Assembly (NCBI GenBank): GCA_964007735.1
Contig: CAXGAI010000006.1
Location: 120,023 to 140,022 of the forward strand
Length of the DNA: 20,000 nucleotides
Source of the DNA: an uncultured Rhodopirellula sp.
GTDB taxonomy: Bacteria; Planctomycetota; Planctomycetia; Pirellulales; Pirellulaceae
Direction of reading: 5' to 3'
The notes under the pieces are model-generated. The model ran no database searches, was not told the DNA's origin, and saw only the letters and a program-made list of their open reading frames with translations. Below are positions 1-7,564 of this stretch, in pieces. Position numbers and translations under genes: made by a program. The first letter of the stretch is position 1. Each line of letters starts with the position of its first letter.

Positions 1-753
1 GGAGATAAGAGGTGTTGCAATTTTACGAAGAACCTTCTTGTCATAAGCCGCTTGAAGAAAATCGGCAACCTCTCCGTGAGTGGATAAAACCTGATGCTGC
101 ATTTGGCCTGTTTTACTTTTTCCCAGGGGCCACTTCAACGAATGCTTTGCCAGATCATAATGAGAAATCTCGAAGATCGATGCCCGAAGCTTCACCGGTT
201 CAGGCTCTACGTCCGGGTTGCGAATCAGCTTCAGATTGTTAATCACACGCGGAAAGAATTGTTTGGCGACGGACTCCAAATTCTCCCTCAGTTCCCCTGT
301 CTTGACGTTTCCGGAAAGCAAGACACTTCCGGCAAGCTGTCGTACCGTGACCTCCTGATCGGCGAACTCCTCTTTGAACACTTTTTTCAATTCAGCAATC
401 GGAGCGTGGATCAGGACTTCGTATGTCTGAGTGTTACCGCCCTGTCCCCAAACGTTAACACGTGTTTTACCAGACTTCAGTGCACGTAAACGAAGCTTAC
501 TGGGAGTGACTGGCTCGAGCTTCAAAAGAGAATCGTCTGCCAAAAACACACGCGTCACGTCGAATGGCCAACTCAAAACTCGTTGTTCATTCATTTCCAT
601 CTCAACCTGCACCGCTGGCATCACCGACTTCACACCGGCTTCCGGAAGAGCAAATCCCTGTGGCTCTTCTTTTTGCTGCGCCTGCGCAAACGTTGCTAAC
701 CAAAGGGCTAACAGCGAGGCTAAAGGCAGTGAGTTATGAAATCTGTTTTTCAT
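1..753 (-). CDS. cpaC: Tad/Flp pilus secretin CpaC/RcpA-like protein, 5' part (3' end runs off the window)
   Basis: Translated by hand; absent from the ORF track because it has no stop in the window. ATG at 753, AAGGA about 10 nt upstream, open to position 1. Reads MKNRFHNSLPLASLLALWLATFAQA (signal peptide), then VTRVFLADDSLLKLEPVTPSKLRLRALKSGKTRVNVW (pilus-formation N-domain pattern), EVTVRQLAGSVLLSGNV...FFPRVINNL (BON-like) and VKLRASIFEIS...FLQAAYDKKVLRKIATP (start of secretin domain). Lies 22 bp downstream of the cpaB-like gene. Confidence 0.75.
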   Translation of the reverse strand, partial: MKNRFHNSLPLASLLALWLATFAQAQQKEEPQGFALPEAGVKSVMPAVQVEMEMNEQRVLSWPFDVTRVFLADDSLLKLEPVTPSKLRLRALKSGKTRVNVWGQGGNTQTYEVLIHAPIAELKKVFKEEFADQEVTVRQLAGSVLLSGNVKTGELRENLESVAKQFFPRVINNLKLIRNPDVEPEPVKLRASIFEISHYDLAKHSLKWPLGKSKTGQMQHQVLSTHGEVADFLQAAYDKKVLRKIATPLIS

Positions 754-775
754 TGAATGTCTATTCCTTGGGATA

Positions 776-1927
776 TCATTTCTGCAATGCGATCTTCGCG
801 GGTTCACCGTCTGAGTTTTGACTCGTTTTAGTCTCCTGATTTTCATCCGCGATGATTACTGGCTCGCTATCCCTAGTCTTCCAAACATAACGAACCACTC
901 CATCCGGTGTTATCACTTCCATCTCTCGATAGTTCTTTTCGACTTCGGGCTGAGTTATCGCGTTAGCCGGTGTTACATTGGGATTGTTTTGCTCGACTTC
1001 ATCCATACGATCGGTGATCTTTTTCGCAACCTGCTCGGCAACCTGTTCAGTCACTTGCTGAGCTACCTGATTTGCTAACGCTTCCAATTGTTCGTCGCGA
1101 TTCGTCGTTCCTAACTTTGTTTCAGAAACCTGGCTCGGGAATTCATTCTGAACGACAGCCTGCTCCGTCATGGGTGGATTTTCTGTAGTTGGCTCTTGTT
1201 GAATCTCAACTTCCACCACCAGTGATTCTTTGATCGAATCTAACGTATGGATCATGCCGGAAGGAAAATCACCTTCCTTGGCCGCACCTGTTAGACTTAA
1301 ATGCAAATTGCCATTATTCATAGCTACCAGAATTGGCTCGACAAGTTCTGATTTAACAAGCAAAGTTAGATTGGCTTCTAACGTCTCGGGCACAGGAGAT
1401 TCCTGGATCCCCATCACCTGACAATTGCTTGCCAAACGGGTAATTCCCAGCGTATCGCTTCCCTCGGAGGATACAATTCCGGACACATCAACATTACAAC
1501 CTGACTCCATTAAGCCCACTAAGAGTGGATCGAGATGGCTCTCAACCGTCACTGTACTGTATCCAGGCATCAGGGTCTCCACGGCCACCTGATTTGTTTC
1601 CTGCAATACTTGCGTAGTAATCGGATCACCCACTATCAATCGTTTGGCTGCAAATTGGCCTTTGATTACCTGCAGGTCCATCACGGGTTTTTCATCGGCG
1701 AGCTGAGTTTCTGCCACTTCCATAATCCGGAGTTTTGTTAAATCAAATTGCTCCCCGGCATCCATATCAATGGCTGCTGCATAGACTCTGTGAGTGTTAA
1801 CAATTTCTTTAGCTTGAGGCTCTGGCTTTTCTTTACTAACGCCAATGGCACAGACGAGTCCAATTGCCAGAGCTCCAACCAGCAAGACATATTTTTTTAT
1901 TCGAGCTAACAAGGTGATTATTCCCAA
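776..1927 (-). CDS. cpaB: Flp pilus assembly protein CpaB/RcpC-like (N-terminal TM, SAF domain, RcpC domain, long acidic C-terminal extension)
   Basis: N-terminal hydrophobic helix LLVGALAIGLVCAIGV; SAF-like VYAAAIDMDAGEQF...IKGQFAAKRLIVGDPI; RcpC-like MPGYSTVTV...GLMESGCNVDV...LTLLV...GNLHLSL; adjacent to the cpaC-like gene. The TTG start is uncertain. Confidence 0.8.
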   Translation of the reverse strand: MGIITLLARIKKYVLLVGALAIGLVCAIGVSKEKPEPQAKEIVNTHRVYAAAIDMDAGEQFDLTKLRIMEVAETQLADEKPVMDLQVIKGQFAAKRLIVGDPITTQVLQETNQVAVETLMPGYSTVTVESHLDPLLVGLMESGCNVDVSGIVSSEGSDTLGITRLASNCQVMGIQESPVPETLEANLTLLVKSELVEPILVAMNNGNLHLSLTGAAKEGDFPSGMIHTLDSIKESLVVEVEIQQEPTTENPPMTEQAVVQNEFPSQVSETKLGTTNRDEQLEALANQVAQQVTEQVAEQVAKKITDRMDEVEQNNPNVTPANAITQPEVEKNYREMEVITPDGVVRYVWKTRDSEPVIIADENQETKTSQNSDGEPAKIALQK

Positions 1928-2067
1928 TTTCGAACGATTTCAGCACAGCCAATAGACTACAAAGCGCAGCCTATAGCGCTATGACTTATCGTTTTCTTCG
2001 GAATAATCCCCATACTCGCGTTACGATTATGCCGTAAAAAAAGGATTTTCCGGCATAGGTTACCTAT

Positions 2068-2149
2068 TTCAACAGGCTAACGATGTAATTCACCCCCAAT
2101 AAGGGGCGTACGTTAGAATTTCTCCGACAAGCCGGGAAGCGCCTGTGAA
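2068..2149 (-). other. Candidate structured RNA (three-way junction) between the oxidoreductase stop and cpaB
   Basis: Nested complementary segments in + coordinates: 2068-2076/2142-2149, 2077-2082/2111-2116, 2091-2097/2102-2108 and 2120-2126/2133-2138. The inner hairpin pairs fully only on the minus strand (CGCCCCU-UAUU-GGGGGUG, two G.U pairs). Not recognised as a known family. Confidence 0.3.
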
Positions 2150-2159
2150 TTTGCAAAGA

Positions 2160-3437
2160 CTACTGCGGACAGCCCCAGTGTTCTCGATACTTTTTGTTCA
2201 GCAGTTCGTTAGCTTCTCGATCATTGATCACCGTCTCCATTTCAGGATCGAACTCAAAGCCCCGCCCGACACGCACGGCAATATTGCCTAGATGACATAG
2301 TGACGATGTTAAGTGGCCGGTCTCTATATCTGCATTGGGTTGCTTCCCGGAACGAATACAATCAAGCCAGTTCCCAATGTGTTTCCCAGTATTTTGAGCC
2401 TCAGCTCCCAATTTGATGTCACGCTTTACATTTCGAGGACCAAGCACTTCAATTTTGCCTCGTCGACTGAGATACATCTGTCCCTCGGTTCCATAGAACT
2501 CCGCACCACTGTCGGTGTGATGGGGATAGTTTGTGGACCAAAGCCGTTGCTCATAAATTAGCGTCTTATGATTCTCGGGTTTACCGTCACCTTCATATTC
2601 AAACAGTACATGCTGAGTATCAGGGAACTGTTGGTCATCATCGAAGAAGTACTTACCGCCCACTGCCGCAACTCGGTTGGGATGTGTTTTCACTCCCAAA
2701 CCCCAACGAGTGTAATCGATATCATGAACTCCATCATTGCCCATATCGCCCGTCCCAAAATTGTAGCACCAGTGCCAGCCGCTGTTCACACGGTTCTGCT
2801 GGTAAGGCAACCACTCCGCAGGGCCTACCCAGTTTTCATAGTCCAACTGCGGAGGAGGATCACTTGGTTGCTGCTTGCCAATATTAGCTCGCCGCTGTAC
2901 ATTCCAGCACTTCGCAACTTTAACATCGCCAATGATTCCCTCACGTAACAGCTCGACAGCCTCAATCATCATGTCGGTACTGCGTACCTGAGTCCCATGT
3001 TGAACAATCACCTTATTTCGGGTGGCGGCCTCGACCAACAACCGCCCCTCTCGAACCGTATGTGAGCAGGGTTTTTCTACATACACATGCTTACCAGCCT
3101 GACAGGCCATGATCGCTGCTGGCGCGTGCCAATGGTCCGGTGTCGCAATCATCACCGCATCGATATCTGGATCATCCAAAATCTCACGCAGATCATCGAC
3201 GTGGTTGACATCCTGATCCTGTTTACGGGCTTTATCTACTTCAGCAATCGTCGTAATTCCTGCGTTTGGATACTTCCCCAACTCTACCTTGAGAGTCGCA
3301 GCCCTGCCTCCATTACCAATCAGGCCAATTCGAATTCCTTCGAGTGCACTAGTGTCTGCTTTAGAATCCGAAGTTGCTGAAAGAGTAGCAATAGCCAAGG
3401 AAGACTGCATAAACTTTCGACGCCGCTGGTTCATCAT
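2160..3437 (-). CDS. Gfo/Idh/MocA family NAD(P)-dependent oxidoreductase with Tat signal
   Basis: RRRKFMQSSLAIAT twin-arginine signal; IRIGLIGNGGRA Rossmann motif; DIDAVMIATPDHWH; AGKHVYVEKP; GDMGNDGVHDID. Confidence 0.93.
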   Translation of the reverse strand: MMNQRRRKFMQSSLAIATLSATSDSKADTSALEGIRIGLIGNGGRAATLKVELGKYPNAGITTIAEVDKARKQDQDVNHVDDLREILDDPDIDAVMIATPDHWHAPAAIMACQAGKHVYVEKPCSHTVREGRLLVEAATRNKVIVQHGTQVRSTDMMIEAVELLREGIIGDVKVAKCWNVQRRANIGKQQPSDPPPQLDYENWVGPAEWLPYQQNRVNSGWHWCYNFGTGDMGNDGVHDIDYTRWGLGVKTHPNRVAAVGGKYFFDDDQQFPDTQHVLFEYEGDGKPENHKTLIYEQRLWSTNYPHHTDSGAEFYGTEGQMYLSRRGKIEVLGPRNVKRDIKLGAEAQNTGKHIGNWLDCIRSGKQPNADIETGHLTSSLCHLGNIAVRVGRGFEFDPEMETVINDREANELLNKKYREHWGCPQ

Positions 3438-3523
3438 TGCTAAAGCCCCTGTTTCAATTCAATCGTTCAGTAAATAAACTTGAAGAGAAGAGACAACTAT
3501 TTCCACGGATTACGGATCAAGTC

Positions 3524-4525
3524 ATGAAACCTATCTACATTCTCTTATTACTACTTGCGATTCCATTGTCCCTCACGGCCAAAGAACCCGTCAAATTAAT
3601 TTTTGATACCGACATGGGTAACGATATCGACGACGCAATGGCTCTGGCCATGATTCATTCACTCATCTCTCGAGGTGAGTGTGAGTTACTTGCCGTGACC
3701 GTTACGAAAGACCATCCTCAAGCAGCAGCCTTTGTTGATCTAATCAATACCTTTTACGGTCGGCCTGACATTCCAATCGGAGTTGTCAAAGGAGGCATGG
3801 CAAAAGAACAAAGTAAGTACACGGTGCTGGCTGATCATCAACAAGGGAATCGACAGCGTTACCCCCATGATCTAACCAATGGAAACAACGCTCCGGACGC
3901 GCTTCAGGTACTGCGTGAAACCCTCGCTGGAGCGAAGGACAAAAGCATCGTCATCGCGCAAGTCGGTTTTTCTACTAATTTGTCTCGTCTGATGAACACA
4001 AAACCGGACGACATTAGCCCTCTTAGCGGAATGGAACTCATCCAATCCAAAGTACATCATCTCGAAATCATGGCTGGTTCCTTCACTAAAATTGGCGATA
4101 ACGATCGCTTTCTGGAATACAACGTTAAGATAGATATCCCTAATGCCAAACGAATTCTGGAACAGTGGCCATCCGAAGTGGTCGTTAGTGGATTTGAAAT
4201 TGGAATTTCGCTTCGTTATCCCGCTCGCTCAATCCTTGAAGACTTCAGCTATGTTGAAAAACACCCCATCCCCACTGCGTACCAGCTATACAATCCAACT
4301 CCGCATGAACGCCCCACCTGGGATCTCACCAGCGTACTCCAAGGCGTTCGTCCCGACCGTGGATACTTTGACCTTTCCGCTCCGGGAGAAATCAAAGTCC
4401 ATAACGATGGATATACTGAATTCCTGCCTCAGGAGAAGGGAACCCGCAAATTCCTCATTCTTAAACCAGAGAATACTCAGAGAGTCCGGGATACACTCGT
4501 CCATCTCACCAGCCAACCTCAGTAG
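3524..4525 (+). CDS. Inosine/uridine-preferring nucleoside hydrolase family protein, secreted
   Basis: LIFDTDMGNDIDDAMAL Asp-rich Ca-binding motif; VGFSTNL, MAGSF, EYNV and TWDLT family motifs. I chose ATG 3524 over TTG 3437 because it begins a clean signal peptide (MKPIYILLLLLAIPLSLTA) and leaves room for divergent promoters. Confidence 0.88.
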   Translation: MKPIYILLLLLAIPLSLTAKEPVKLIFDTDMGNDIDDAMALAMIHSLISRGECELLAVTVTKDHPQAAAFVDLINTFYGRPDIPIGVVKGGMAKEQSKYTVLADHQQGNRQRYPHDLTNGNNAPDALQVLRETLAGAKDKSIVIAQVGFSTNLSRLMNTKPDDISPLSGMELIQSKVHHLEIMAGSFTKIGDNDRFLEYNVKIDIPNAKRILEQWPSEVVVSGFEIGISLRYPARSILEDFSYVEKHPIPTAYQLYNPTPHERPTWDLTSVLQGVRPDRGYFDLSAPGEIKVHNDGYTEFLPQEKGTRKFLILKPENTQRVRDTLVHLTSQPQ

Positions 4526-4537
4526 GAAGCCCAATTC

Positions 4538-5713
4538 GTGCTTACATTTAAAGACCTCGGTGTTGAACAAATCATTAATGCTTGCGGAACTGTAACCCGT
4601 CTTGGTGGTTCTCCGTTAAGGCCGGAAGCTCTCCAAGCTTACCAGCAAGCAAGCCTGCAGGCCGTTGCGTTGGAAGAACTCCAAACCGCCGTTTCCAACC
4701 AGTTGGCAAACTGGACCGGAGCAGAGGCCGGCATCATCACTTCCGGAGCTGCCGCCGCACTAACGCTGGGCGCTGCAGCCATTCTGGCTGGCAATGATCC
4801 TGCCAAAATGGACTGCCTCCCTCACACGGAGAACATTGCTCATGAATTTATTATTTCCCGCGACCACCGCAGTGGTTATGACCATGCTTGTCGCGCAAGT
4901 GGAGCTCGATTAATCGAAGTGGGACTCAACGAAGTCGTCAGTGGAGCTGGCGTAAGACGAACGGAGGCATGGGAATACGAGGCGGCCATTCATGGCAACA
5001 CAGCCGGAATCCTTTACGTATACAGTAGTGAGTCAGCCCCGACTCTTGAGGAAGTGGTCGCTGTGGGACATCAACATAGCATTCCTGTTTTGGTCGATGC
5101 CGCCGGAGAACTACCGCCACCGTCAAACCTGAAGAAGCTGATTGCCAGCGGAGCCGACCTGATTGCTTTCAGCGGCGGCAAAGCCATCGGAGGCCCGCAG
5201 GCAACGGGGCTGCTACTTGGGCGTAAAGAACTGATTGCCTCCGCCCTACTGCAAATGCTGGACATGGATGACCATCCACAGCTTTGGAAGCCTTCACTTC
5301 TCGACAAAAACGAACTGCGGGGAATGCCTCGACACGGCATTGGCAGGGGATTCAAAGTTTCCAAAGAGTCCATCATGGCATTAATGGCGGCACTCGAATG
5401 TTTTCTGCAAGAAGACAATTCACAACGAATGGCCACCTACGCGGGGATGCTTTCTGACATTAAAAACCAACTTGAAAAGGCAAGTGTTTCCAGCCATCTG
5501 GTCTGGCTTAACCCGGAAACCATACCCAAACTGCACATTCCCACGGAAGATGCCTTTGAGGTGTGTGAAAACCTGAGAAACCACACGCCTCGTGTGTTTG
5601 CAGGACACAGCTTATTAAATCAGGGAATCCTTACCATCAATGCCATCGCACTTCGCGAACATCAAGTTGACCCTCTCAGTCAGGCCCTTATCCACTGCAT
5701 TGAAAGCGAGTGA
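4538..5713 (+). CDS. SelA-like/DgaE-like PLP-dependent enzyme (selenocysteine synthase-related family)
   Basis: LGVEQIINACGTVTRLGGS N-terminus; TGAEAGIITSGAAAALTL; PVLVDAAGE; GADLIAFSGGKAIGGPQATG (PLP lysine); IGRGFKVSKE. At 391 aa it lacks the N-terminal extension of canonical SelA. Confidence 0.85.
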   Translation: MLTFKDLGVEQIINACGTVTRLGGSPLRPEALQAYQQASLQAVALEELQTAVSNQLANWTGAEAGIITSGAAAALTLGAAAILAGNDPAKMDCLPHTENIAHEFIISRDHRSGYDHACRASGARLIEVGLNEVVSGAGVRRTEAWEYEAAIHGNTAGILYVYSSESAPTLEEVVAVGHQHSIPVLVDAAGELPPPSNLKKLIASGADLIAFSGGKAIGGPQATGLLLGRKELIASALLQMLDMDDHPQLWKPSLLDKNELRGMPRHGIGRGFKVSKESIMALMAALECFLQEDNSQRMATYAGMLSDIKNQLEKASVSSHLVWLNPETIPKLHIPTEDAFEVCENLRNHTPRVFAGHSLLNQGILTINAIALREHQVDPLSQALIHCIESE

Positions 5714-5722
5714 TTTCTTATC

Positions 5723-7171
5723 GTGATTAAGCTGCGATTATTCAACTACATTATCCCGTTGCTTCTTCCCACCTTGGTTTTAGGAGAAACGCAACAGCCC
5801 AATATCATACTGCTGTTGGCGGACGACCTTGGATACTCAGAACTAGGCGTCCAGGAGAGTCATACCGGAGACATCCCCACGCCCCATATCGACTCCATAG
5901 CCCACGCCGGCGTTCGGTTTACCGATGGATATGTAACGGCCGCGTATTGCAGTGCTTCACGGGCAGGCATGATGACCGGCCGGTATCAAACTCGCTTTGG
6001 TTACGAATTCAATCCAACTGGTCATCGCAATGAAAATCCGGATTTCGGTCTTCCGGCAAGTCAGAAAACGATTGCCGATCAATTACAACTAGCAGGTTAT
6101 ACCACTTCACTCATTGGCAAATGGCATCTGGGTGGCACGGCAGCTTATCACCCGTTTCGCCGAGGCTTTGATGAGTTCTTCGGATTCATGCATGAGGGAC
6201 ATTACTTCGTTCCAGCTCCTTATAAAGGCGTCACAACGATGCTTCGCCGTAAAGCACTACCAGGCAATCTCAGTGGTCGCTGGTTTAGCAAGAACGAAAA
6301 GCTCGTCTATACCGACCACATGGGTTACAACGAACCGGATTATGATGCCGACAATCCCATCCTGCGCGGTGGCCAACCGGTTCAAGAGCACGAATATCTG
6401 ACCGACGCCTTCACGCGGGAAGCGGTCGACTTCATCCATCGTGCAAGCGATCGTCCCTTCTTCCTATATGTTGCCTACAATGCTGTCCACTCGCCTTTAC
6501 AAGGTGCTGACAAATACATGAAGAAGTTCAGTGACATCGATGATATCCATCGACGTATTTTCGCAGCCATGCTTTCTAATCTGGATGACAGCGTGGGAAA
6601 AATTCTTGACGCTGTCGCAGACAATGGTCTCGAGAAAGATACGCTCATCGTTTTCCTCAGTGATAACGGCGGCCCAACCCGGGAATTAACTTCGGCTAAT
6701 CTGCCACTCAAAGGCGAAAAGGGAATGATGTACGAGGGTGGAATCCGCATTCCATTTCTAATGCAGTGGAAAGGAAAAATCCCACCACATACAATCTATT
6801 CACATCCTGTGATGTCAACCGATCTGATGGCAACCTTTACAACGGCGGCGGGGGCTCCACTACCAAAAACTAAACTGGATAGTGTTGATCTCATTCCCTA
6901 CATTTCACAACAGGATGAGACCGCCCCCCATGAATTCCTTTTTTGGCGTGTCGGGCAAAAACGCGCGATTCGAGTGGGAGACTGGAAAGCCCTACTGGAA
7001 CCGGGACGCTTTGGCTCTCCCGACTGGCAACTCTACAATCTCCACGACGATCTCGGAGAAAAGAACGATCTGGCAAAAACGAAGCCCAATGTCTTAGAAT
7101 CTTTGCAACAACAATGGACATCGGTGAATGCTGAGATGATCGATCCGATATTCGACCCAAGAAAAAAGTAA
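5723..7171 (+). CDS. Formylglycine-dependent (S1) sulfatase, secreted
   Basis: Signal peptide; QPNIILLLADDLGY; CSASRAGMMTGRY catalytic signature; GYTTSLIGKWHLG; FLSDNGG; LKGEKGMMYEGGIRIP; LYNLHDDLGEKNDLA. Confidence 0.96.
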   Translation: MIKLRLFNYIIPLLLPTLVLGETQQPNIILLLADDLGYSELGVQESHTGDIPTPHIDSIAHAGVRFTDGYVTAAYCSASRAGMMTGRYQTRFGYEFNPTGHRNENPDFGLPASQKTIADQLQLAGYTTSLIGKWHLGGTAAYHPFRRGFDEFFGFMHEGHYFVPAPYKGVTTMLRRKALPGNLSGRWFSKNEKLVYTDHMGYNEPDYDADNPILRGGQPVQEHEYLTDAFTREAVDFIHRASDRPFFLYVAYNAVHSPLQGADKYMKKFSDIDDIHRRIFAAMLSNLDDSVGKILDAVADNGLEKDTLIVFLSDNGGPTRELTSANLPLKGEKGMMYEGGIRIPFLMQWKGKIPPHTIYSHPVMSTDLMATFTTAAGAPLPKTKLDSVDLIPYISQQDETAPHEFLFWRVGQKRAIRVGDWKALLEPGRFGSPDWQLYNLHDDLGEKNDLAKTKPNVLESLQQQWTSVNAEMIDPIFDPRKK

Positions 7172-7194
7172 CCTAAACTCAGTTAAAATAAATT

Positions 7195-7557
7195 ATGAAT
7201 CGCTTCTACTCCTTATTAATGACCGCCTGCCTGGTTCTTCTATGTTCTAACTTTCTGAAAGCTGAAACCTACTGCTTAAAGCGAGGTGACGTTATTACAC
7301 ATGTAAACACTTTGAATATCCATCGCATCAAAGATTTCTGGAAAGCAATCAAGCATTCTGAAACAACCATTTACCTCACGGTTCAAACAACTGAAGGGAT
7401 TAAGAAAGCCCTCCATGTTCAGTTACCATTCCACAAACTGGCACCCATCCCGAGGTTTGGCGTTGACGTGACATCCCACAAATCCGAGGGCGTTAGGATT
7501 ACCAACGTACGCAGGAATTCCCCCGCTACACGCTGTCAGTCCGTCCCCACGAAGTAG
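7195..7557 (+). CDS. Small secreted PDZ-like protein with permuted motif order
   Basis: Signal-peptide-like N-terminus ending ...FLKA. PDZ motifs LKRGDVITHVN, RFGVDV and GVRITNVRRNSPA are all present, but LKRGDVI comes first. Fills the gap between two sulfatase genes. Confidence 0.7.
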   Translation: MNRFYSLLMTACLVLLCSNFLKAETYCLKRGDVITHVNTLNIHRIKDFWKAIKHSETTIYLTVQTTEGIKKALHVQLPFHKLAPIPRFGVDVTSHKSEGVRITNVRRNSPATRCQSVPTK

Positions 7558-7564
7558 CCAAAGG

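Noticed and set aside
12..821. Plus-strand ORFs 12-242, 94-489, 431-739 and 564-821
   Set aside because: Antisense shadows of the cpaC-like and cpaB-like genes, with no recognisable motifs.
4538..5713. Canonical selenocysteine synthase selA / selenium utilisation locus
   Set aside because: Shorter than SelA, begins directly at the INAxGT motif, and no selB, selC or selD is nearby. It fits the SelA-like/DgaE-like group.
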